Part shown: positions 38,285 through 50,605 of the stretch, piece by piece
Layout of the letters: each line of letters opens with the position of its first letter
Numbering within the stretch: position 1 is the first letter of the stretch
Source: a bacterium
Lineage (GTDB): Bacteria > Zhuqueibacterota > Zhuqueibacteria > Residuimicrobiales > Krinioviventaceae
DNA length: 64,000 nt
Direction: 5' to 3'
Assembly (NCBI GenBank): GCA_963693055.1
Contig: OY843751.1
Coordinates: forward strand, 3,232,001 to 3,296,000
Translations under genes and position numbers: made by a program
The notes under the pieces: model-generated
Told to the model about the DNA's origin: nothing
Database searches by the model: none
What the model saw: the letters and a program-made list of their open reading frames with translations, nothing else

Positions 38285-41200
38285 CTATTTGATCAATAAA
38301 CATTTGCAGGTTTGGGTAAACGTACCGGCATTCAAGCGTATCCAATACAATCCGGATGAGTTTGAATGTGCATCCCATGTCAAAGTATGATATCCGGCCT
38401 GCATCTTGCCCTTCTCGTAATGCATCACCCTAACGCCTTGTATGTTATAAACGGATATGGTAACATTTGAGGATTTTGGAAGTGCATATTGAATGGTAGT
38501 AACGGGATTAAAAGGATTGGGATAATTCTGGTATAATTGAAAATCGTCAGGTATGGGATTTTCTGCACCATCAGCAACTGATGTTGGAAAGTTGGTTTTT
38601 ATAAAATTGGGGTAGGTGATGGAATCTTCTCCCCCCGGTCCTTTAACTGTCAGGCTTATATTAAAAGAATCAACACGATCATAAACATGTACCGGATGCT
38701 GCTGCTCACTAAATGTCCCGTCTCCAAAGTTCCAAAGCCAGTGTTCAATAATACCTTTAGAACTGTCAGTAAACATAACCATCAAAGGCACTGAACCGTG
38801 GGTTACATTGCTGCCAAAGTTTGCAACCGGTGGAGTATCCTGAACATGAATAACCTGCTCCTGTTTTAAAGTATCCACACCACCGGGTCCTGTAACAATC
38901 AGTGTAGCATCATAATCTCCAGATAATTCATACACATGTTCAGGGTTTTGAACGTCACTTGTGTCTCCATCCCCAAACATCCATTTCCAGTTTTCAATCT
39001 CACCTGTTGAGCTGTCAGAAAATTGGACTGTGAGTGGCACAAAACCATTGGCAGGCGTGAACCCAAAATTGGCTGCGGGTGGTGCAGACTGGACAGTTAT
39101 CAGGTTCGTCATTAATAAAGAGTCAGCACCAGACGCTCCCAATACCTTTAATGAAACATTATATTGACCCGGTAGAGTGTAAACATGAATGGGATTATTT
39201 TCATTGGATAGACTTCCATCCCCAAAGTCCCAGTTTATAGAATCAAACTCGCCAGTAGACTGGTTCGTAAACTGGACCAACAATGGCGCAATTCCCTGTC
39301 TGGGTTCAGCACTCAGGGCTGCAACCGGCCGGCTATCTCCCACTTTAATAAATTCCAATTTCACCATTTCATCAGCCGCAATTTTATTTTCAACACGCAA
39401 AGAAACTGTATATATGCCTGTCTGCTCATAGGTATGCACAGGATTATAAACGTTGCTTGTTGACCCATCACCAAAATCCCAAATTGAGCTGTTAACCGTT
39501 CCTGTTGACTGGTTTGTAAATTGCACTTTTAGTGGAGCATTACCGCTTTGCATGTCACTCGTAAATGATGCGGATATTTGTTTAATTCTCAAATCACAAG
39601 GCCGCCCCGCTTGATCAAACTTTATCCAAAGATAGCCATCAGCCGCTTGATAAAACCAACCGGATTCAGCATGTAAAAAATTATTATAGGTTGAGATCTG
39701 TGCTAGTTCGGTACCGTTTAACGTTATGGTATTCACATTCTCATCATATTTTATCCTAAAAAGCAGCTTTTCATTTCCAGCTCCTGTATAAATCTGTCTA
39801 CCAAATTCTTTTTTTACAGAAGTAATTGTAAATGATTCATCGGTATCATAATAGTTAAAGAAAGAAGAATCAGAAGGATAATGTATCAAGGTCAAATAAC
39901 CGGAAGAATATTCGCTGCCATGCCCTGTAACATCATCTACAACATTCATAGGAATGATTGCGCCTTCCCTTATATACACCGGGTATTGTTCATAAGGGAA
40001 ATCTTTATCAACCAGTCTTTCTCCCCCTCTATAGATTTTATTATCATCCCAAAAGTCAATCCAGTTTGATTCTGCTGGAAACTCGACAGTTCTTCGTTTG
40101 GAAGAAAACAATCCATATATTATAGATACAAACAATTCATTTCCCAGGGTATATTGTCTGTCACCAATGGATGGCCTTACAATACTGTTACCTGTTATAG
40201 CTCCATCAACTGCGTAAGAGTATATATACGGGACCAATTCACTGTGCAGTTTGGCAAAGTATCGATACACCTCCAGAGTGGGATCTTGAAACATCCAGGG
40301 GCGGTGCTCATCCTGACCGCCATTAATCATTAATGGACAAAGAGCTCCCAATTGCGCCCAACGAATAAACAATTTATAATTTACATCCGTTTCACCCATA
40401 TATCCGCCAATATCAGAACCAACAACATGATACCCACTGTCTGAAGACATGAATATATTATCAACTGCATTGGGCAGCCCCATATCGCTCCAGTCATGCA
40501 GTTGATCACCTACAAAAAAAGTGTGGGCATAATTGTGAGGGACAAAAATTGAATCGCTTTGCTGCTCATCCATAGATTTTGCATAGATCACAAAATCATT
40601 ATCTGTTTTTTCACGAGTATATTCATAAAAATCCATGTAATACAGTTGACTGTATTCTTTATATGTTATGGTATCATTAAAGCAGGACGCTCCATGTGGG
40701 AAAACACGATTCCCGGAATCTGTTTTCCAACCGTCAATGCCCATATCCATAACATTATCCAGTTGACCATGCCACCAATCAAGCGCATAAGGATTAGTAA
40801 AATCTATAAAGCTCCCTTTTCCTTTCCACCAGGTATAGCTTTCTCCTTCTGCCGTAAAAAAGTTATTTTCAAATGCATAATCATAATTCGTGGCTTTGCC
40901 CCAATAAGCAGCATCAACAGACTCTGTGTTGATGAGTGGCGTGATCCACATGATGACCTTGTATTGCTTATCATGCAGCTCATTGATCATCCCCTGGGGA
41001 TTTTCATAGCGGGTACTGTCAAATATCAATGTGTTATATGATGTTTCCCAGGGACTGTCAATAATGACCACACGCGCAGGTATATCATACGTTCTATAAC
41101 TATTGGCAATTGCAAGCGTACGCCGTTGTGTATTATCATTATCTTCCCACACCCAGGGTTCAAACGCCCATTTTGGTGGTAATGGCAAATTTTCACGCTC

Positions 41201-41488
41201 ATGAGCTTGTATTAATGCATTGCGGGTTATTACAACCGTATCTGCACCCATGACAGTCAAGGTAACAGTATAGTATCCGGGTTTGGTATATACATGTTTG
41301 GGGTTTTTCAAATGAGAAGTTACAGTACCATCACCAAAATCCCATTCATATTGCAAACTGTCATCAGCTTGAGCAGTGAATTGTACATTCAAAGGGATAA
41401 ATCCACTATTTGGGTTAGCAGTAAAATCTACCTGAGCAAAAAGAAGGTTAACGCTCATTAAAAGTAATATAAATATTCTGGTCTTCAT
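38285..41488 (-). CDS. GH31 glycoside hydrolase with PKD domains and T9SS-type C-terminal domain
   Basis: LPPKWAF, IIDSPW, IDFTNP, GIDGWKTD, VGDQ, GSDIGGY, RWAQLG; one N-terminal and four C-terminal W(D/M/N)FGDG PKD repeats; NYPNPFNP. Start placed at MKTRIF. Confidence 0.88.
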   Translation of the reverse strand: MKTRIFILLLMSVNLLFAQVDFTANPNSGFIPLNVQFTAQADDSLQYEWDFGDGTVTSHLKNPKHVYTKPGYYTVTLTVMGADTVVITRNALIQAHERENLPLPPKWAFEPWVWEDNDNTQRRTLAIANSYRTYDIPARVVIIDSPWETSYNTLIFDSTRYENPQGMINELHDKQYKVIMWITPLINTESVDAAYWGKATNYDYAFENNFFTAEGESYTWWKGKGSFIDFTNPYALDWWHGQLDNVMDMGIDGWKTDSGNRVFPHGASCFNDTITYKEYSQLYYMDFYEYTREKTDNDFVIYAKSMDEQQSDSIFVPHNYAHTFFVGDQLHDWSDMGLPNAVDNIFMSSDSGYHVVGSDIGGYMGETDVNYKLFIRWAQLGALCPLMINGGQDEHRPWMFQDPTLEVYRYFAKLHSELVPYIYSYAVDGAITGNSIVRPSIGDRQYTLGNELFVSIIYGLFSSKRRTVEFPAESNWIDFWDDNKIYRGGERLVDKDFPYEQYPVYIREGAIIPMNVVDDVTGHGSEYSSGYLTLIHYPSDSSFFNYYDTDESFTITSVKKEFGRQIYTGAGNEKLLFRIKYDENVNTITLNGTELAQISTYNNFLHAESGWFYQAADGYLWIKFDQAGRPCDLRIKQISASFTSDMQSGNAPLKVQFTNQSTGTVNSSIWDFGDGSTSNVYNPVHTYEQTGIYTVSLRVENKIAADEMVKLEFIKVGDSRPVAALSAEPRQGIAPLLVQFTNQSTGEFDSINWDFGDGSLSNENNPIHVYTLPGQYNVSLKVLGASGADSLLMTNLITVQSAPPAANFGFTPANGFVPLTVQFSDSSTGEIENWKWMFGDGDTSDVQNPEHVYELSGDYDATLIVTGPGGVDTLKQEQVIHVQDTPPVANFGSNVTHGSVPLMVMFTDSSKGIIEHWLWNFGDGTFSEQQHPVHVYDRVDSFNISLTVKGPGGEDSITYPNFIKTNFPTSVADGAENPIPDDFQLYQNYPNPFNPVTTIQYALPKSSNVTISVYNIQGVRVMHYEKGKMQAGYHTLTWDAHSNSSGLYWIRLNAGTFTQTCKCLLIK

Positions 41489-41806
41489 CACGTATGCTGT
41501 TTTCATTTTCAGTACCGGTAATTTTTCAAAACAATTTATCAATTTTAAAGCAGTATTACAAAACAATTGACAATAATTATACTTAATAGTTGCTCACCAC
41601 TGATTTTGCAGAACAAATTATGGATTCAAGATAAAGCTCGAAAACTATTATCACTATAAATACGAAATCTTTATATGTGATTAAAACATCAAACAGGATA
41701 ATAAAACAATTATTCAAAAAAACAATTGAATTTAATCATTCCATTATGTAACGTATAATATCATAAATGTGGGGAAAAATGTTACAACCGAATTTAGAGG
41801 TGTAAT

Positions 41807-43063
41807 ATGAAACGGTATACACGCAGAGATTTTCAAAAAAAAGCAATTCTGTCAGCAGGCGCGGCGTTTTTCATGAATTCACTCAGAGGATTTGCAGCCG
41901 ATAGCAATAAAATTGTGGATATGCGCTCTTTTCTTGAATCGATTCTCTACACACAGGATGAAGTAAAACAATGGCTGGCTGGTAAAGCGTTCCCCTTTGC
42001 AAAATATCACAGTGAATTCGGCTGGCTGCTGAACAATGACCGCTATACGGACGGTATTGACGGGGCAGAATGCATTTATACCTATGCGGGCACCGATGGT
42101 GAACGGATCATGATCCAATACAATGATAAACCCTGCCGCATTAACACTTATGGTAACAGCTTTACCCAGTGCCACCAGGTAAGCGATGGCGAAACCTGGC
42201 AGGAAGTGCTGGCCGCGCATTTCCAGGAGCCGGTACGTAATTTTGGTATTGGCGGATGGTCGGTTTATCAGGCCTATTTGCGCATGCTAAAAGAGGAAAA
42301 ACGCACACCTTCAGAATATATCATTTTCAATATATACGATGATGACCACCGCCGCAATCTCGATTCCTGGCGCAACATCAGACGACGCAAACATCCCCGG
42401 TTCATAGAGCCTACACTGCCCTTTGTAACCGTAGACCTGAAATCCGGACAGATCACCGAGCACGCCAACCCCTGTCCTACTCCTGAATCGGTTTACGATC
42501 TATGCGATTTGGATAAAACCTATGCAATATTCCAAAACGATTTTGTAGCCAAGATCATGATTGCACACCTCAATTCGAAACAGGAAAATCCCAACAAGAC
42601 CTATAAAGAAATAACCGATCTGGCAACTACGCATGGTATCAATACCTCGATTGAGGACAATGGCACCCTGGCGACAGTTGCGGAAGAACTGCACCAGAAA
42701 GCGGCGCTTACTGCATCCATGCGGATTGTGGAAAAGGCCGAAGCGTTTGCCAGACAGAATAATAAAAAGATCCTTTGGGTGCTGTCGTTCCCTCCGGGAT
42801 CAGTGGCAAAATACCTGACCGAGGGCAAACGCTGGGACCAGCCTTTTGTGGATTACATGAAATCGAAAAATCTGCCCATGATTGACCTGATGGACGCGCA
42901 TGAACAGGATTATAAACAGTTCAACATCAGCGTAAAGGATTACCTCGCGCGGTATTATATCGGCCATTACAATCCTACCGGCAACATGTTTTGCGCATTC
43001 TCGCTCAAAGACAAACTTGTGGATATGCTTGAGCCCAAACCGCTGCCGTATAAGATGAAATAG
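41807..43063 (+). CDS. Tat-exported hypothetical protein, SGNH/GDSL-hydrolase-like
   Basis: TRRDFQK Tat motif; TYGNSFT, NFGIGG and GHYN blocks. Confidence 0.65.
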   Translation: MKRYTRRDFQKKAILSAGAAFFMNSLRGFAADSNKIVDMRSFLESILYTQDEVKQWLAGKAFPFAKYHSEFGWLLNNDRYTDGIDGAECIYTYAGTDGERIMIQYNDKPCRINTYGNSFTQCHQVSDGETWQEVLAAHFQEPVRNFGIGGWSVYQAYLRMLKEEKRTPSEYIIFNIYDDDHRRNLDSWRNIRRRKHPRFIEPTLPFVTVDLKSGQITEHANPCPTPESVYDLCDLDKTYAIFQNDFVAKIMIAHLNSKQENPNKTYKEITDLATTHGINTSIEDNGTLATVAEELHQKAALTASMRIVEKAEAFARQNNKKILWVLSFPPGSVAKYLTEGKRWDQPFVDYMKSKNLPMIDLMDAHEQDYKQFNISVKDYLARYYIGHYNPTGNMFCAFSLKDKLVDMLEPKPLPYKMK

Positions 43064-43197
43064 TAGTAAGCATTTAAAAGGATAGTATAAATTTGAATTT
43101 TGGCTAATATACATACTGCCAACTTTAAGTTTTTCTAAAATCACAACCAGGATAATTATTCTTGTCAATTTTTTAACATGCTTAATGGAGTTAGTTT

Positions 43198-45735
43198 ATG
43201 AAACCAATGAGAAGAATTATTTCAGCCTTGTTAATTTTGTCTAGTGTGTTAATTATCTTGGAAAAAGCAGAAGCACAAAGCAATATCAAAGTTGGTCCTC
43301 AACCCGACGGGAGTATTTTGGTCCCGACTAATCAATTGCTACGCCCTGCCGGATTTCAGGTAACATTTCCGGGAAGACCTGTTGATATTGCACTGATTCC
43401 AGGGAAGAACCTACTCGCAGTAAAAAACAGAAAATCTCTCGATATCATTCGTATAAAAGATCGGACCATTCTACAATCCTTGAATTATAAAAAAAGCGGG
43501 AGTTCATTTACTGGCTTGTGCGTCTCTACAAATGGCAAAAAAGTATTTGTTACCGAGGCAGAAGATCAAATTCTCATTGCTGAATTGGATAAAGATCTAG
43601 TATTACGATGGGAGAACGCAATCAAATTACCATCTCCCCCTATCGGTGGAAACCCTGTTCCCGGAGGCCTGGTACTAGATGAAGAACAAGACAAAATTTA
43701 TGTTACGCTGAGTCGAAACAATACCCTGGGAGTAGTTGATCTGGCAGACACAACAGTGAAAGAAATTCCGGTGGGTATTGCTCCCTACGAGGTTGTTCTT
43801 GGCTCTGATTCAAAGGCTTATGTGAGCAACTGGGGCGGTCGGGTACCACATGAGGGGGAATCCACCTATAACACATCCGGCAGCCAGGTACTGGTCGATC
43901 CTGAAACCGGTATCGCAAATAATGGTTCTGTATCCGTTATTGATTTAACAAAAAATGTTCAGACAAAAAGTATTGATGTAGGATTGCATCCAAGCGGGAT
44001 GGCATTGAACCCGGATAAAACACGGCTATTTGTGGCCTGCGCGAATAGTGATATTATTTCTGTAATCGATACCCATACAGACAAAGTTATTGAAGAAATC
44101 TCTGTACACATGCAAAAGGATCTGCCTTTCGGCAGTGCTCCTAACGCATTAACAGTTTCTCCTGATGGGAAATATCTTTATATAGCAAACGGAACAGACA
44201 ATGCAATTTGTATAGTGGAAATTGGTACACCTAGTAAAATCACGGGATTCATTCCAACAGGCTGGTACCCCGCTTCTGTAATTCTGGATAAAGAATCAAA
44301 TTTTTTATATGTAGCAAATGTTAAAGGAATCGGCTCGAGAAATCAACGTACGGACAGAGGCGGATTTAATTCCCATGATCACATGGGTAGCGTTTCTATT
44401 ATACCCATACCAGATGAAAAAAAATTATCCGAAATGACCGAAACTGTACATGAGAACAATACTTTTGTTCAAAATCTGGTGGCAGTCAAGTCAGATAATA
44501 AATTAAAAAGCAAAGTACCGGTTCCACAGATACCAACCCAGGTCTCACATTTCAAACATGTTGTATATATCATTAAAGAAAATCGAACCTATGACCAGGT
44601 ATTTGGTGATATGCCACAGGGCAATGGCGATATCAATCTTGTACATTTCGGACGAGATGTAACTCCGAATCATCATAAATTAGCAGAAACCTTTGTTTTG
44701 CTGGATAATTTTTATTGCAGTGGTATTCTAAGTGCAGACGGTCATCAATGGACTGACGAAGCCTATGTAACGGATTATCTTGAAAAGTTTTTCGGGGATT
44801 TTACCCGCAGTTATCCATATGATGGTGATGATGCCCTGGCTTATGCAAGCTCTGGTTTTATATGGGACAATGTTCTTAGCCATGGATTGACATTTCGGGA
44901 TTATGGTGAATTTATGGATACAATAGTGAAACCTAAAGACGCAACCTTTGCAGATATTTATCAGGATTACATGGCTGGGACCGGCAAAATAAAAATCCAT
45001 GCCAAAGCCAATCTTGAACAACTTGAACCGTATATGTGCCCCACATTTATAGGATTCACCAACAATATACCCGATGTGTACCGGGCGGATGAATTCATCA
45101 AAGAATTTAAAACTTTTGAAAAGAACAACAATTTCCCCAATTTCATTATTATGTTATTACCCAATGATCATACATCCGGAACACGGCCCGGACGACCTAC
45201 ACCACGCGCTGCCGTAGCAGATAATGATCTGGCACTTGGACGAATCATTGATGCGATATCCCATAGTAAATTCTGGAACGAAACCTGTATTATGGTAACC
45301 GAAGATGATCCGCAGGCTGGCCTGGACCACGTGGACGGACACCGCACAGTAGGACTGGTGATAAGTCCCTACACAAAACGCGGTGAGGTCATTTCGACCT
45401 ATTACTCTCAAATCAATATGGTCCGCACAATGGAAAATATTCTCGGCATTCCTCCCATGAACCAGTTTGATTTGGCCGCCGAGCCCATGACAGACTGCTT
45501 TACCAACACACCGGATTTCACACCCTATACAGTCATGCCAAGCAACATAAAGCTCGGCGAATTGAATCCGCCTCTGGAAACGTTGAACGGAGATGCACTC
45601 TATTGGGCCCAAAAATCGCTTGAACAGGATCTGGATGAGGTTGATCAGATCGATGAAGATACTTTTAACCGAATCATCTGGCATTCAGTTAAAGGTTATG
45701 ATGTTCAATATCCCGTACTAACACAAAAATACTAG
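43198..45735 (+). CDS. YncE/YVTN beta-propeller + phosphoesterase (alkaline-phosphatase superfamily) protein
   Basis: IPVGIAP, IDVGLHP and IPTGWYP blades; HVVYIIKENRTYDQVFGD, SADGH, NDHT, DHVDGHR. Confidence 0.88.
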   Translation: MKPMRRIISALLILSSVLIILEKAEAQSNIKVGPQPDGSILVPTNQLLRPAGFQVTFPGRPVDIALIPGKNLLAVKNRKSLDIIRIKDRTILQSLNYKKSGSSFTGLCVSTNGKKVFVTEAEDQILIAELDKDLVLRWENAIKLPSPPIGGNPVPGGLVLDEEQDKIYVTLSRNNTLGVVDLADTTVKEIPVGIAPYEVVLGSDSKAYVSNWGGRVPHEGESTYNTSGSQVLVDPETGIANNGSVSVIDLTKNVQTKSIDVGLHPSGMALNPDKTRLFVACANSDIISVIDTHTDKVIEEISVHMQKDLPFGSAPNALTVSPDGKYLYIANGTDNAICIVEIGTPSKITGFIPTGWYPASVILDKESNFLYVANVKGIGSRNQRTDRGGFNSHDHMGSVSIIPIPDEKKLSEMTETVHENNTFVQNLVAVKSDNKLKSKVPVPQIPTQVSHFKHVVYIIKENRTYDQVFGDMPQGNGDINLVHFGRDVTPNHHKLAETFVLLDNFYCSGILSADGHQWTDEAYVTDYLEKFFGDFTRSYPYDGDDALAYASSGFIWDNVLSHGLTFRDYGEFMDTIVKPKDATFADIYQDYMAGTGKIKIHAKANLEQLEPYMCPTFIGFTNNIPDVYRADEFIKEFKTFEKNNNFPNFIIMLLPNDHTSGTRPGRPTPRAAVADNDLALGRIIDAISHSKFWNETCIMVTEDDPQAGLDHVDGHRTVGLVISPYTKRGEVISTYYSQINMVRTMENILGIPPMNQFDLAAEPMTDCFTNTPDFTPYTVMPSNIKLGELNPPLETLNGDALYWAQKSLEQDLDEVDQIDEDTFNRIIWHSVKGYDVQYPVLTQKY

Positions 45736-46157
45736 GTACTTTATAATTAGTAAGCAGTATGAAACAGTCAAAAACCCGCAGGATGCGGTTGCTGATCGTG
45801 AATATTATCTACACTCTTAACTTATTGTATGGCTTTTTTATATATAGTATTTGGCTATTATTAAAGGGAAAAAATAGAAATTCAACTCAGATATAAAACC
45901 GTTTACTGATTTTATATAGATCATATAAAAAGAAGGTATATATTTCATTAAAAAAAAACAATTCGTTAAAATTCTACAAAAACACTTGACAATTTACTGT
46001 ATATTTACTATCTATAATTAACACTGTTTTCAAATATGGGGATATCGGGATAGAAAACAGAAATCTCGAACTATTTTACAATTAAAAGGGTAAATTAAAA
46101 AAAGAATTCAAGCATCAAAAGAGTATTTGCCAGTATGGAGAATTCTTTTAACAATTA

Positions 46158-46916
46158 TTGATGAGGTATATCATGTTTACTTTTGTTAAAAGATTTTGTT
46201 TACAATGCTTTGTAATCATTTTTCATTTCACTTTATGTTTTGCTACATCAAATTCAATTAATTTAGGTACATCTGAAGAAACAGTCTTGTCACAATTGGG
46301 TGAACCAACCAGAACTTCATTTTTATTATCCAAAAATCAAAAGCTATTATATTACAATATTTCTTCAATTACTTTAGACAAAAACGGAAAAGTAATAGCT
46401 TGGTCTAATTTTAACAATCTACCTCTTTTTACAGGGATAAAAGATCCAAACTTTAACAGTCTTGAAATTGGTTATGATAAATCAAGGGTATCAAAGTCAT
46501 TAGGTACACCCACAAGAATTTATTTACTTGGTAACAATGAGGAGAAATGGTGTTATGGACAATCGATAGTATTTTTTAAAAATAATCAAGTATACAATTG
46601 GGAAGATAAAAGTGAAATTGCAAACACATTCGCGCAAAACAGTAAACTGCAAAACAAAACTGACACAATACAAAACATAACTACCCCAATCGTAAAAAAT
46701 TCAACAAATTATAATCCCACTAAACCATTAACAACCTCAACACAAACTTCATCTATATCTAGTGAATCATCTTTTAGTCCCAATGTTGCTGAAAACGGAT
46801 CTTATTATGGAGAAAAAAGCAAAATTACAGGCAGGCCTAAAACTGTCAAAGTTAAAGGGTATTATCGTAAAGATGGAACATATGTAAGAGGACATTATAG
46901 AAGTAAACCACGATAA
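46158..46916 (+). CDS. Hypothetical exported protein with two BamE/SmpA-like units and a basic C-terminal repeat motif
   Basis: LGTSEETVLSQLGEP and IGYDKSRVSKSLGTP; S/T linker; VKGYYRKDGTYVRGHYRS. Confidence 0.6.
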   Translation: MMRYIMFTFVKRFCLQCFVIIFHFTLCFATSNSINLGTSEETVLSQLGEPTRTSFLLSKNQKLLYYNISSITLDKNGKVIAWSNFNNLPLFTGIKDPNFNSLEIGYDKSRVSKSLGTPTRIYLLGNNEEKWCYGQSIVFFKNNQVYNWEDKSEIANTFAQNSKLQNKTDTIQNITTPIVKNSTNYNPTKPLTTSTQTSSISSESSFSPNVAENGSYYGEKSKITGRPKTVKVKGYYRKDGTYVRGHYRSKPR

Positions 46917-47187
46917 ATTCAAATTGCAAAAGCCAGCGAAATATTGTTACCAATAATTAATTGATTTTACCGTTCTGACAATTGGTGCCAAAACCTGAAA
47001 TTCGTACATCCCCAATCATTAAAAACATTACTTATAGCAGTAACTTGCAGTAATATCAAGCCTATTAACTGGTTTTAGCCAGTTTGATCTTGACAATGGC
47101 GTAAATTTTCACCTTTATATTATATAGACTCGTACAATATTTTTTTGAATTCAAAAAGCAGAGAAAATAAACACTTTTAATTAATAA

Positions 47188-49425
<2,238 letters not shown>

Positions 49426-49445
49426 GCATAAATAGTATTCTTTTC

Positions 49446-49483
49446 AAAGCCGTTGGAATTGTGTCTTTCAACGGCTTTTTTTT
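49446..49483 (+). terminator. katG intrinsic terminator (possibly bidirectional)
   Basis: AAAGCCGTTG...CAACGGCTTT plus T-run. Confidence 0.8.
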
Positions 49484-49527
49484 ATTGAAAGAAAATTATT
49501 TCTCCATCTCTTTAATTAGCCTTGTTA

Positions 49528-50157
49528 TTACAATTCCATCCCAAATAGTAATTCAATTCGTGTTAATTTCCAGGGCTCTCTCATATCTTCTTTTGGCAAA
49601 AAGCTATTATCATTGATTCCTTTCAAGAACCTTAAATCCAATCTGTAATTATTGTGAAAAATATCAAATTGTTTTCCTAACCCTACACAGAAGAAATTAT
49701 CATTCTTTCGCATTTGGGATGTAATATTTCCTTTCGCTTTATATTCCGTCTCTGGAAAGAGACTAGCATATTCCATTCCTACAAGATTATAATTCGATTG
49801 TATACCCAATTGTAGATCGAGTTTCTGTATTAAATTCATTTTGAATAAAATGGGTAAAGAAAGATATTGTTTAGTATATGTACTTTGAACATACATTTCA
49901 TCGGTTGAATAATAAACATACTCATTACGAGAATAATTATATGCAAGCTCAAGGTTTAAGGACAAGCGTGATGTAATTTGTTTCTCACCAAACATACCCA
50001 TAATAAAACCTGGCAGATAATGATATTCTTTGGGTTCAAAATTTTTGTAATCCATTTTTTCAACATTCGTCCCTACTAAAATCCCATATTTTGGGAATGC
50101 AAAACTATTATTTGTAAATATGAAAATAATAATAAATAGAAATAGATACTTTTTCAA
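49528..50157 (-). CDS. Outer-membrane beta-barrel (porin/PorT-like family) protein
   Basis: Likely TTG start after GGGAG; LNLELAY, YLSLPILFK, LQLGIQ, LDLRF. Confidence 0.7.
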   Translation of the reverse strand: MKKYLFLFIIIFIFTNNSFAFPKYGILVGTNVEKMDYKNFEPKEYHYLPGFIMGMFGEKQITSRLSLNLELAYNYSRNEYVYYSTDEMYVQSTYTKQYLSLPILFKMNLIQKLDLQLGIQSNYNLVGMEYASLFPETEYKAKGNITSQMRKNDNFFCVGLGKQFDIFHNNYRLDLRFLKGINDNSFLPKEDMREPWKLTRIELLFGMEL

Positions 50158-50344
50158 AACAACTCCCCTTTCAATACTCAATTGCAATTATATAAATATT
50201 CGGTGGTCTTGGTATTTCCCCTATTAAAAATTTGCCCCTTTAGTAACATTAAAATAATGTTATCTATCCAAATTCATAAAAAAAATTAATATAATATTTT
50301 TGGTTGGGAATAGCAAAAAAATTTCAGGTTGTTTGTGCAGCATA

Positions 50345-50378
50345 AAAATAAAACGCCGCGGGACATCACCCCCGCGGC
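50345..50378 (-). terminator. Intrinsic terminator of the tRNA-Ala transcript
   Basis: Minus strand GCCGCGGG-GGTGATGT-CCCGCGGC followed by GTTTTATTTTT. Confidence 0.8.
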
Positions 50379-50412
50379 ACTAACATAAAGGAGAACATCA
50401 TGAAATGGAACG

Positions 50413-50485
50413 TGGAGCTAGGGAGGATCGAACTCCCGACCTTTTGACTGCCAGTCAAACGCTCTCCCAGCTGAGCTATAGCCCC
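50413..50485 (-). tRNA. tRNA-Ala (GGC), CCA not encoded
   Basis: GGGGCTATAGCTCAGCTGGGAGAGCG-TTTGAC-TGGCA-GTCAAA-AGGTCGGGAGTTCGATCCTCCCTAGCTCCA; G3:U70 pair present. Confidence 0.97.
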
Positions 50486-50502
50486 AGAATTTCATGAGCA
50501 AT

Positions 50503-50531
50503 ATAATACTGAATTTTCTAAAAAATGTCAA
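50503..50531 (-). promoter_or_regulatory. Sigma70-type promoter of tRNA-Ala
   Basis: TTGACA(50531-50526)-17 bp-TATTAT(50508-50503). Confidence 0.8.
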
Positions 50532-50605
50532 GGTTTTATTTTTACATTACTTTACATCGCATTGACTCATAAAAAAAGTAACCATGAGAAAATGGGAATA
50601 TAGAC

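Noticed and set aside
45995-46012. TACTGTATATTTAC resembling a LexA SOS box
   Set aside because: The right half (ACAG) is missing, and the proteobacterial consensus is not expected in this lineage.
50385-50447. Plus-strand mini-ORF (SD + MKWNVELGRIELPTF) antisense to tRNA-Ala
   Set aside because: Most codons are dictated by the tRNA complement and I saw no convincing plus-strand promoter; it is better explained as anti-SD sequence in the minus-strand trailer, though not excluded.
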